UHGV virus genome: UHGV-1455077
Reading direction: 5' to 3' (one strand)
DNA length: 64,000 bases
Origin: a virus
The position numbers and the translations under genes are program-made. Positions 8,984 to 18,800 of the stretch are shown in pieces. The notes beneath the pieces were generated by a model that did not search any database, was not told the DNA's origin, and saw only the letters and a list, made by a program, of their open reading frames with translations. The first letter of the stretch is position 1; every line of letters starts with the position of its first letter.

Positions 8984-10774
8984 TTATACTGATGGAGTTG
9001 AACCTGCACCTGCGGTTGGAGCAATACCCATACCACCTGCATCTCCTGATGGCATTCCACCACCCATTTCACCATTACCCATACTACTCATATCACCACC
9101 TGCTGGCATACCACCTAATGATTCCATACCAGCATTCATATCTGCCGCCATATCATTCAAGTAATCCATTGAAATATCTTCAATACCAACGGTACGTAAA
9201 CCAGGAATTTGATTTTTATCTTCAGTTGGTAATTCAACATCTTCATTTTTAAATCTATTTTGATTTTCAATAATCAATAAACGCTGATTTTCATTAAATT
9301 CTTCTTCTGTAAGTTTCAAATAATATTTTAATGCGAATTGTTTTGAGATATATTGACTTCCAGATGCACTAAGAAATGCATTTAATCTATTTGTTTTAAT
9401 TTCTTCTTCTGAAATTTCAGTAATATTAGATGGTTCATTAAAAGTTAAATTAAAACTATCTTCATTAACATTAATTCCTCTATGTTGCAAAAATCTTTTA
9501 TATTCTTTATCTAATTCAGGAATTAAAATATCTTGAATACGACAACAAAATTTAAAAAATCTTAATTCTTGAACATATGCATTTGCAACATTTGTTGGTA
9601 AAGTTCGTTGTCCGTCAGTTGGCCCGTAAGGTACCCAAGATTGTGGAACATTCATACCACGAATTAATAAATTCTCCCAAAAAACCATATCATTAATTTC
9701 ACCAAGTGCTTGACCACCAGCTAATTTTTCAATTTTTGGCTGAACACCATCTGAATCAACTGGTAAGAAATAATCTTCATTCATTGGAATTGAATTATAT
9801 GCAACATCTATTGTATTAAATACACCATCTGTATCTTTAGCAGGCATACGTCTTTGAGATAATTCATTTTTGGTTTTTTCAAGTATTTGTTTACGCTTAT
9901 AGCGAGGTATTCCCCCAACTGGAATATAAAAAACTAATTTTTCTGTTGCATTTTTAATTCTATATAATAAAATGCAATCTTGTAATAACATTTTTTGGAT
10001 ATAAATTTTATAAATTTTTTCTAAAATTGATAATCCAAATGGAAAAAGTAATACATTATCGACATTTAATGATAAATGAATTACATTATCAGCACTAACT
10101 GGTAAAGTTGTATTATCATCAGTTGGATTTGGAGAGGTTGATGCATTTGCAGTATTGCTTGCATTAACAACACCAGGAAAATTAGAATTAATTGTATTTA
10201 ATAAATTTCTTGTAGTAACATCTGATTGTGCAGTTGTTGCAACTTTTAAAGGAACATTTAATTCAACATTTTTAATAACATAATGTGTTGGATTTTTTAA
10301 ATCATCTACAACAACGCCTAACACATCATATATATTAACTTTTTGTAATTCATATGTATCAGGGTCACGAACAAAAAATACATCTCCATATTTTAATGCA
10401 TCTCGAATTGTTGGATACATTCTTTTTTTCCATTCATTTGTTTTAACCCAATCATCTAATTCTTTTTCAATTGTTAGTGTTTGGGAATCAGGCAACTTTT
10501 CATTTGCAGTATATTCAATTTTAAATGGCTTATCTTTATCAGCTTGGATAACATAATCTACAATCGTATCTAATGACCAAGAAATAATAGGGTCTTGTTC
10601 CATACCATCATAAATAGTATATCTTTCACAACGATTATTTGGGCCTTGATAAACTGCTGGTAAATAATTTTTATATCTATCATAAATTGACGTAGCATTA
10701 TCTCCAGAATTACCTCTAACTCCAAGCTTTGCTTTTGGTAATGTTACCGCTTTTAAAAATTTTTTATAAGACAT
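8984..10774 (-). CDS. portal vertex protein, T4 gp20 family
   Basis: KLAGGQALGEINDMVFWENLL aligns with T4 gp20 TLPGGQNLGELEDVLYFQQRL, and LRFFKFCCRIQDILIPEL with LKFSKFVHRLRIKFAEAL. RBS is TAAGGAGATTAA. The C-terminus carries a Gly/Met-rich tail. Confidence 0.9.
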   Translation of the reverse strand: MSYKKFLKAVTLPKAKLGVRGNSGDNATSIYDRYKNYLPAVYQGPNNRCERYTIYDGMEQDPIISWSLDTIVDYVIQADKDKPFKIEYTANEKLPDSQTLTIEKELDDWVKTNEWKKRMYPTIRDALKYGDVFFVRDPDTYELQKVNIYDVLGVVVDDLKNPTHYVIKNVELNVPLKVATTAQSDVTTRNLLNTINSNFPGVVNASNTANASTSPNPTDDNTTLPVSADNVIHLSLNVDNVLLFPFGLSILEKIYKIYIQKMLLQDCILLYRIKNATEKLVFYIPVGGIPRYKRKQILEKTKNELSQRRMPAKDTDGVFNTIDVAYNSIPMNEDYFLPVDSDGVQPKIEKLAGGQALGEINDMVFWENLLIRGMNVPQSWVPYGPTDGQRTLPTNVANAYVQELRFFKFCCRIQDILIPELDKEYKRFLQHRGINVNEDSFNLTFNEPSNITEISEEEIKTNRLNAFLSASGSQYISKQFALKYYLKLTEEEFNENQRLLIIENQNRFKNEDVELPTEDKNQIPGLRTVGIEDISMDYLNDMAADMNAGMESLGGMPAGGDMSSMGNGEMGGGMPSGDAGGMGIAPTAGAGSTPSV

Positions 10775-10800
10775 TTAATCTCCTTAATAACTCAATAAAA

Positions 10801-10808
10801 ATATTTAT
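10801..10808 (-). promoter_or_regulatory. late-promoter-like motif ATAAATAT, 26 nt before the portal ATG
   Basis: Minus strand reads CAATAAATAT-26nt-ATG. Confidence 0.45.
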
Positions 10809-10826
10809 TGTATGTATTTTTAATTT

Positions 10827-12980
10827 CTATATCATACCAGTATTTTTACTTGTTGCCATAAATCCAATATTTTCTAATTGTTGTGTTTGTCTTTGCTGAC
10901 CTCTTTCAATTCTTTCTAACGCATCAAGCATTAATGAATTAATTTCTTTAATATCTTTCTGAACTTGATTTGTTGCATTAAATCGTTGAGTTTCTGCATT
11001 TTGTGTTGATGCATTACTTGCTGATGTATTTGATGAAGAATCAAATGATGGTTGTGCAGGTGGAACGGTATTTGGAGTTGTTGTATTACTTGTTTCTTTC
11101 CATCCATATTTGTTTAATAATTTTGTTGTCATTTCTTCAATAGCAAATGCATATTTCATTGGATTTAATGCAGACAATGCATTTTCAAAAAGAGATTCTT
11201 GTTTCATTTCATTGGTATACATTTCTCCTGTACCAATAAAACCATTTTCAGAAACATCTCGTATACCAGAATATGCATCATAAGCTAATGCCATTGGAGC
11301 AACTAATTTTCCACCAATTCGACCAACTTTTCCTGCCATTTTACCTGCTTTACCAGCAAACTTACCAAGTTTACCAGCTTTACCGCCTTTACCAGAACCA
11401 CCAAAGAAATTACCAATACCATCCATTGCACTTCCGACAACAACAGTTCCAGCAGTAACAAACATTGCACCAACAGTATTAAGTAATTTAGATGCTAACC
11501 CATCAGCTAAATTACCTGCAATACTTGCACCTAAATCAATCCAAAAATTATCTGAAAATTTATCTTTTAAACGACTTAATGGAGATAAAACACTTTCATT
11601 AATCATTTGTAATTTATCAGCAAAAAAACCTAATTCTTTACCTACATTTTCAAGATTTTGTGTGCGTAAATTTTCTAATATTATTTTTGAACGTTCTATT
11701 TCATCTGAAAAATTTCTTGCTGATTTTAAAATATTACTATCAGTAGATTCTCCATTATAAGTTGCTAATTTTTGTCCTCTTGTACCAACAGCAACTTGAC
11801 CAAATAATGCGGCATTTTCAGGTCTATATACTAAATTTGAACCATATAAAGCATCATTTACTAATGATGAATTCATTCTATTACGTTCAGTTTGATTTCT
11901 ATCAAGGGAAGCATTAATAAAAGAAATCATTTCTTCCATTTGCATATTTGGATTACGAGCAACCATATTTCTTAATTGGGCATAATCTCTACCTTGTTGA
12001 ATTGCCATAGCTCCTAAATATTTTTCACTTGTAACATCATTTAAAATTAATGCACGAGCCATTTCAGGGCCAACTTGCTGTGCAAGTAAACCTTCAAGAG
12101 CTTCCATTGCTGGATTAGCACTTCGTAATGCCTGAATTGCAAATTCATCTTCTTTTAATTTATTTTCTTGTAAAATTAAATCAATACTTTTACCAGTTGC
12201 CATACTCAACTGTTTAAGATTTTTAGTATATAATTCTGTTTCTTTTCTTAAACGTTCACGGTCTAATTGTTCAATATTAGCATATTTTGTTCGTGTATCA
12301 AGATATTCAGATAAAATTGCTTCTTCTTCTTGACGTGTTAAATTAAATTGTCCTGATACAGATTTTAATGTATCATTAAAAAATCCAACCCCATCATTTA
12401 AAAAATTTGCAGATGCATTTAATCTTGATAATAGCTGTGAATTCTTTGTATATAATTTAACTAATTGAGTTTGTGGTCTTGCTAAATCTTCTGATGATTT
12501 ACGTAAACTATCAAATCCTTTTGCAACTGAAACGCCAGCACTTTCTAATTCTCTTAAAGATTCAATTCTTTTTAGTCCATTTTGAAGGCTTGATATAGTT
12601 GCTCCTGCAACAGCTTGTACAATTTTTGCCGCAACAGCTTTATTATTAGATTCTTCTTTACTTTTACTAGATTTTTTTCTATTTCTATCTTCTTTAATAG
12701 CATTATTAATATTATTAACCGCAGATGCTATTTTATCAAAAGATACTTTTCTTTCTTTTTGCTCAATATCAGATAATTTAATATATTTTTTAACATTTAC
12801 TGATAATTCTTGAAGATTTTTATCAACTGTTTTACCAAATTTTTTTGGAAAATAACGACTTAATAATTCATCTAATGGTTGAATAGAACCTAAATCATTA
12901 AAACCAACAGCAACTTCTTTCCCTCTATGTAATACAGGGATTTTTGAAGAAGTTTCCATTTCAATATAATCTTCAGCCAT
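10827..12980 (-). CDS. large virion-associated protein with coiled-coil, Gly/Lys-rich and hydrophobic Gly-rich segments (tape-measure-like candidate)
   Basis: 717 aa. The segment AGTVVVGSAMDGIGNFFGGSGKGGKAGKLGKFAGKAGKMAGKVGRIGGK and long helical regions are reminiscent of tape-measure or internal proteins. No motif confirms this. Confidence 0.35.
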   Translation of the reverse strand: MAEDYIEMETSSKIPVLHRGKEVAVGFNDLGSIQPLDELLSRYFPKKFGKTVDKNLQELSVNVKKYIKLSDIEQKERKVSFDKIASAVNNINNAIKEDRNRKKSSKSKEESNNKAVAAKIVQAVAGATISSLQNGLKRIESLRELESAGVSVAKGFDSLRKSSEDLARPQTQLVKLYTKNSQLLSRLNASANFLNDGVGFFNDTLKSVSGQFNLTRQEEEAILSEYLDTRTKYANIEQLDRERLRKETELYTKNLKQLSMATGKSIDLILQENKLKEDEFAIQALRSANPAMEALEGLLAQQVGPEMARALILNDVTSEKYLGAMAIQQGRDYAQLRNMVARNPNMQMEEMISFINASLDRNQTERNRMNSSLVNDALYGSNLVYRPENAALFGQVAVGTRGQKLATYNGESTDSNILKSARNFSDEIERSKIILENLRTQNLENVGKELGFFADKLQMINESVLSPLSRLKDKFSDNFWIDLGASIAGNLADGLASKLLNTVGAMFVTAGTVVVGSAMDGIGNFFGGSGKGGKAGKLGKFAGKAGKMAGKVGRIGGKLVAPMALAYDAYSGIRDVSENGFIGTGEMYTNEMKQESLFENALSALNPMKYAFAIEEMTTKLLNKYGWKETSNTTTPNTVPPAQPSFDSSSNTSASNASTQNAETQRFNATNQVQKDIKEINSLMLDALERIERGQQRQTQQLENIGFMATSKNTGMI

Positions 12981-12991
12981 CTATCTAACCT

Positions 12992-14500
12992 TTATAATTT
13001 AGAATTTAAACTATTATATGCATTTTTTACACCAGAAGTATCAATTCCTTTAAAAAATTGTTTTAATGCACCAAAAGTTGGTTCAACAACTAAAATAAAC
13101 ATTACTTCTCTTGATGAGTTATCAGTAAATGTTAAAATTGTTCTTTGTTGACCCATAGTTGTTGCACGTTCAGTTCTTGTTACTGTAAAAATACCATCTA
13201 ATAAATCATCATAACGAATAACTTTAATATATTCATTAATATCACCGTGAACTAATAATCTTTTTGAAATTTGTTGAAATAAACTATTATCAGCATTTCT
13301 AATTTCTTCTATTTTATTTAATTCAGTTTCTCTATCTTCTCCATATGATGCATTTGTCTGTAACTCTGACAAATAATATTTTTTTACGGTACTTAAATTT
13401 GGAACGTTTGTAAAAACATAATTAACATAATTAACTTTACCAACATTTTTCATTATATCTTTAATTCTTTTAATAATATCGGCTGATGCCTTTGCTTTTA
13501 ATGAAAATTCTTGTTGTAAATCATAGTCATCATCTTCTTTTTTAACAGATGACATCATTTTATCAAGAAATTTTACTTGATTTGGCTTATTTTGTTGTAT
13601 ATTTTTATAAACAGTTTCCCACCATTTTTGAGTAGCTGAATCAAATAATTTTTGTGTTTCTTCATCACGTTTATCATAAAATTCATCTAAATTTTTATAT
13701 TTTTTCTTTAATTTAGAAATATTTGCCTTTGCTTTAAGTTTTGATGTTCCACAAAAATATAAATTATTATATAAATCTTCCAAAATATCTATATTTTTTT
13801 GTCCAACTATATCTTTAAATTTTTCATCAAATAAAGGTATTTTATTATTTTTAAGAGATTCTTTTATGAATACTTCTCTTTTATCACTATCAATATCTAT
13901 ATCATTATCAAAATCTTCATCATTAATTTCTGTTTCATTATTAACTTCATCATCCGAAACATCATTTTTATTTTCTTCATTATTTAATGGTAATGCCATT
14001 TGTTTTTCATTTTCTTTTTCTTTTTTTAATTCTGGCTTATAATTTTGTTGAAAACGATTTAATGATTCATCTGCCATTTGTTCAGTTTTCTTTTCTAAGC
14101 TATAAGATATACCACCATTATCCAATAAATCTAAAAAATCTTTATTTAAACCATCTAAAATAATATCATTATTAAAAATTCTTCTTAATTCATTACTGAT
14201 TAAAGTTGCTTCTGTTGTTGTTTTTTCTTCATCAGTTCCATTTGGATTGATTGGTTCACTTAAACTTTTATACCAATCATATTTGGCTTGAGTTCCATAT
14301 TTACTATTAATTTTTTTAGCTGTTGTCTGGACAATATGATTAAACAACATTTTTTTTAATTCTTGAATTTCATCACGAGTAAATGTTTTATTTGATGAAC
14401 TATCTTCAAACAAAAGTACACCCCCATTTTTAATTATACTTTCATATAATTCATCAGTAATTGTAAATTTTTCATTATTTTTCAAAATATATTTAACCAT
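12992..14500 (-). CDS. hypothetical acidic protein
   Basis: 502-aa ORF with ATAAATAT at 14530..14537 upstream. Confidence 0.5.
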   Translation of the reverse strand: MVKYILKNNEKFTITDELYESIIKNGGVLLFEDSSSNKTFTRDEIQELKKMLFNHIVQTTAKKINSKYGTQAKYDWYKSLSEPINPNGTDEEKTTTEATLISNELRRIFNNDIILDGLNKDFLDLLDNGGISYSLEKKTEQMADESLNRFQQNYKPELKKEKENEKQMALPLNNEENKNDVSDDEVNNETEINDEDFDNDIDIDSDKREVFIKESLKNNKIPLFDEKFKDIVGQKNIDILEDLYNNLYFCGTSKLKAKANISKLKKKYKNLDEFYDKRDEETQKLFDSATQKWWETVYKNIQQNKPNQVKFLDKMMSSVKKEDDDYDLQQEFSLKAKASADIIKRIKDIMKNVGKVNYVNYVFTNVPNLSTVKKYYLSELQTNASYGEDRETELNKIEEIRNADNSLFQQISKRLLVHGDINEYIKVIRYDDLLDGIFTVTRTERATTMGQQRTILTFTDNSSREVMFILVVEPTFGALKQFFKGIDTSGVKNAYNSLNSKL

Positions 14501-14529
14501 TATATTTCCTCAATTTTATATGTATATGA

Positions 14530-14537
14530 ATATTTAT
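14530..14537 (-). promoter_or_regulatory. late-promoter-like motif ATAAATAT
   Basis: 29 nt upstream of the ATG at 14500. Confidence 0.4.
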
Positions 14538-14552
14538 TACATCTAAATAAAA

Positions 14553-14590
14553 TAAAAAAGCACCATTATATGATGCTTTTTGTTTTTGCT
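14553..14590 (-). terminator. rho-independent terminator (minus strand)
   Basis: On the minus strand, GCAUCAU-auaa-AUGGUGC forms a stem with one G-U pair followed by UUUUUUAUUUUAUUU. It sits immediately after the stop of the -1 frame extension. Confidence 0.5.
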
Positions 14591-14783
14591 TCATTTATTT
14601 TTTTATCATATTCCGTTTTCATTTTAATATAACGTTCTCTTAATTTATAAGGCATACTATAAATTTCTTGTAACGTTATTTGCCCATTAGAATATATTTG
14701 CATATTTAATAAAGAATTTTCAATACTATCTTTTTGTTTATTTAACTGCTCAATAAATTCTAAAATTTGTTCATCATTAGAAT

Positions 14784-15722
14784 TTAAGAGCTTAAACCGA
14801 AAAAATCCGATTGATTAAATCCATAAAATCTATCTTTCCATTGATGCCCGCAATAAGGACAGAAAAATTCTAATTCATTTGGTAAACCAATATCATTTAA
14901 TTCTTTAATTTTAGAAAAAATTTCATTAACAAAGGAAGCACTTGATTCTGAAATAAATTCATAAATTAAATTATTATCATCAACAAAACTACCATCAGGC
15001 AAAATTACTTTTAAAATACCATTAGATACAATTTTATTACCAATATCACTAATATTTAAATAAATTTTAGAAACATTCGAAACAAATTTTGTTCTTTCTT
15101 CTTCTGTTTGATTTTCATCATCAAATTTATAATCTTTAAATTGTTTTAAAATTGATTTTTCTTTAAAATTTAATAAATTAAATAAATTTTTATCTTTTGT
15201 AATATTTGGTCTAATATAGATTTTTAATCCATTTTCAGTTTCCATAATATATTCTTTTTCTAATACCGAAATTCTTTCTAAAATATTTCTACAAGAAAAT
15301 GAAAAGGATTGTGAATGTAAGCAAATTTTATTTTCTTTTTCTAATTTCGTTAACTTATCTGGTTCATTTTTTAATTTTTCTTTTAATTCCATACAATGTG
15401 GACAACTTAATTCTAATTTTAATTCATCACCATATGTTGCCGCTCTAATACCAAGCATTAAAACATTTAAATCTGGATATAACAACATTTCTGGATTTTT
15501 AATAGCTGGAACGCAAGATTTAATAACATCAATATTTGCTTGACCAGACAATAGTGCATCTGGATTAACCATTATTAATTCATCTTTAGGTAGCATAGGA
15601 AATATTTCAACTTCATTCAATGCATTTAATACAACAACATTAGAAGAATACCAATTTCCATTTGTTGGAAGTTTAATAGAAAGTTCTGCTTTACGAGCAT
15701 AATCAAGCAATGGATTACTCAT
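14784..15722 (-). CDS. Zn-ribbon protein (two CxxC pairs)
   Basis: CPHCMELKEK and CPYCGHQWKDRF. The ORF track starts at 15782, but the ATG at 15722 (MSNPLLDY...) has the strong RBS AAAGGAGAAATT. A candidate -1 frameshift extension is described in the findings. Confidence 0.6.
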   Translation of the reverse strand: MSNPLLDYARKAELSIKLPTNGNWYSSNVVVLNALNEVEIFPMLPKDELIMVNPDALLSGQANIDVIKSCVPAIKNPEMLLYPDLNVLMLGIRAATYGDELKLELSCPHCMELKEKLKNEPDKLTKLEKENKICLHSQSFSFSCRNILERISVLEKEYIMETENGLKIYIRPNITKDKNLFNLLNFKEKSILKQFKDYKFDDENQTEEERTKFVSNVSKIYLNISDIGNKIVSNGILKVILPDGSFVDDNNLIYEFISESSASFVNEIFSKIKELNDIGLPNELEFFCPYCGHQWKDRFYGFNQSDFFGLSS

Positions 15723-15750
15723 AATTTCTCCTTTAAAAACTAATTTATTT

Positions 15751-15758
15751 TTATTTAT
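15751..15758 (-). promoter_or_regulatory. late-promoter-like motif (TATAAATAA variant)
   Basis: Minus strand reads TTATAAATAAAAATAAATTAG...AAAGGAGAAATT ATG. Confidence 0.35.
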
Positions 15759-15786
15759 AACATATAAAATATGAAAAAACAAATAA

Positions 15787-15815
15787 AAAAGGAGTTTTAA
15801 ACTCCTTTTTTATTT
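15787..15815 (-). terminator. rho-independent terminator after the giant gene
   Basis: AAGGAGTT-tta-AACTCCTT followed by TTTTTATTTT. Confidence 0.6.
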
Positions 15816-18800
15816 TTCTTCAAAATATGATAACATTTTTTGAATTACAATTGCACTTTCAGCTTCTAAATAATCATATTTTGTTTGATTTCCTATGAAA
15901 ATTGAATCATCACGAGAATCATAATCACCATTCCAGAAATTTAATGTTACATTAAAATCTTCTGCAACAGTAACTTTACTACCAACAGGAACAGTTGCTT
16001 TTGTAAATGGTAATTCATTTGTTAAATATTCAAGAGTATCATTACTACCTGTTTTTAATCCTAATACAACTGCGGATGTTGAAACTCCTGAAACTAATGA
16101 AAATGTTATTGGATATTGATTATATCCTTCTCCAGATATATCTGGTGTATAAATTTTAACATTATTAGCAAAACTGTTTTTCATATATGAAGCATCTAAT
16201 ACACCGTTTTTAGTTATATTAATTCCCATATAATCATAACCATTCCATAAATCTTCGGTAATAATAAAATCAGTTGTTCTTGGTGTTTCATCTCTATACC
16301 AATTTGGAACATTATTTTTTAATTCTGCATCATCCATATATGTATATAAACTATCAGAAACATTAATTGTTCCATCTTGTAAACCAACAGTATGGAAGAT
16401 TGGAGATGTTCCTTGCATTCCTTCATATTGTTTAAGTATCCACTTGCCATCAGAATATATTTTTACAACATCGCCTGTTTCAAAATGATATTCTTCAAAA
16501 TGTTCTTGTAAATCAATCTCTGATTCAAAAGTTGCTCTTGGTGTTATCATTTTAATTGAATCATCAGCATATAAATCTTTATATGTCCAATATTTAGAAA
16601 CATCATAAGTTTGATATTTTAATAAAGTATAATCATTTAAATTATCCATTCTCCATAAAGTCCAAATATTTTCATATACTTCATCAGTTTTTACTAAAAT
16701 TGTTTTTCCAATTAAAGCTGTGTCTTCACTTGAAATCATTTCTAAATGAGTATCAAATGAATAATCATATTCTGGATATGGTTCTTTACTTAAAAATATA
16801 TTATTAAATTCACTTGAACCAACATCAATATCTGATAATACATCACGAGTATCAAATATATGATTTAATATATCAACGAAATTTTGTCTTGCTTTTGATA
16901 TATTTTCAAACATTGTTTGTCGAGGTCTAATGTAAATACCAATTTTATTTCTTTCTAATAATTCTGGGTCAGGAACAACTTGACCTAAAGAATCATAGCC
17001 AACTAAACTTGCTTTCATTTTATCCCATAATGAATCTGGAATTTCGGCATCAGTATTTTCTTTAACTAAAACCCATTCTTCGTGTTCAGTTACATCATTA
17101 TCGCCTAAAAAATTCAATTGAATTACAAAATCTCTACCTGCATTTATTGTATCAAAATTACCAATAATCATTGAACTATATTGTGTTTCGCCATCATACG
17201 CATATACAGGAGCATACCAAATTACACCTTCATCTTGTGGAGAATTGATAATTTGCGAAATATATAATGCACTTGTATGTCTGAATTGAACTGAAGGTAT
17301 TTCAGATGGATTTTTTACCCAATAGTAATAATATACTTCATTTTTTTCAGTTGAATTATTATATACTTCTTTAGTTACATAAGAAATATCTTTTGGTTCA
17401 GTTGTTGATTTAGTCCATTCCATTATAGCAATTTCTGAACCAGGCATTTGTTTACCCCAATTATTTCTTCTATAAGTAATTTCTCCTTGTGAATAGTCTA
17501 AATATTTAACTTTTGAAATATCCCACCATAATTGTCCAACTTTATTATCACCCCAAGTTGAATAATTATTATAATCAGCAGGGTCTTGTGCAATTATATA
17601 ATTAATTTCTTTTAATAAATTATTTGGAAAAACTCCTTGAATTGGGTCATAAGGCTGAATAGTTGCCATTGTTTCATTATTATCATCATTAACCATAAAG
17701 CAAGATTTAACTTCTTTAATATTAACTTTACGATTTTGTAAACGATATAATGAATATGTTTTATCAACTGTTGGTTTATAATCTATATCAGTTTCTCCAA
17801 CATCATAAACTTCTCCAGATTGTTCATTAATATATTTAAATACTGACCAAGCCATTTTATCAATAATATTTTGTGAATCATTAATATGATAAGATGGGTC
17901 ATAAATTTTCTTTAAGTTATCTACATTATTAATAACATCTCTTAATACATATATTAAATCGCCAATTTCTAAATGAGTTGTATCAAAACTATAAACATCA
18001 GCAATTTTATCAACAACCATAGAAATCCAATTGTTTTCTTCATCAACTTTTTTACGTATATCCCAACCTTGTTTAGTATTGGCAAATGAAATCCAAACTT
18101 TTTCACCAACTTTCATATTTTTTAACATTTCATCAAAAGTTGTTTCATTATCAATGATATAATTTGTTTCACCAATTTCTGCAAATCCAGCAGTTGGATA
18201 AAATTTAAAATTATTTGTAAAGTTAAATTTATTTAATTCTTTACTTTCTTTTTTCTTTAACCAATTTGAATTATTCCAAGTAATATCAATAATAGAATTA
18301 TTTAATTTAACATTATCAGATGTTGTAAATGAAACAATTTGAGGGTCTTGCGTGATTAAATCAGGTTGTACTTTTAATTCAATAATTGAACTATTTGAAG
18401 TATAACCAAATTCTCCAACTTTAAATGCCCAGTTTTCAAACAATTCAATTTCATTATTTTCTGCATCCATAATATAAGTTGAACGATTTAATTTATCAAA
18501 TGAACGTTTTGTCCCTTTTTCTTTAAGTAATCCTTTATAGAAATCAAAGATATTTCTATCATCAATTAATAATCTTTCCATAGATGGTAATTTTTGAAAA
18601 CCAATAGTTCTCTTTGCATAATCACCAAAAATACCTTGTGAGCGAACATCATCAGTATTATAGAAATATTTAAAATCATTAGCTAATTTATCATAGTTTG
18701 GATATGCTCCATTTTTATCAATTAAATAACCAGGAGCAAAATATGTTCCGTTCCAGCCATCAACTTTAATACCTAAAAGTTTTAAACGCTGTGCTTTAAT

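Noticed and set aside
8877-9252. Plus-strand His/Tyr/Pro-rich ORFs 8877..9164 and 8992..9252
   Set aside because: They are antisense reading frames of the Gly/Met-rich repeat at the portal C-terminus, not independent genes.
14569-14820. Apparent 84-aa ATG-initiated ORF in the 283-bp gap after 14784
   Set aside because: Re-indexing shows an in-frame stop at 14815..14817 between that ATG and the open frame. The open frame has no start of its own, which is why it is treated as a frameshift or indel candidate instead.
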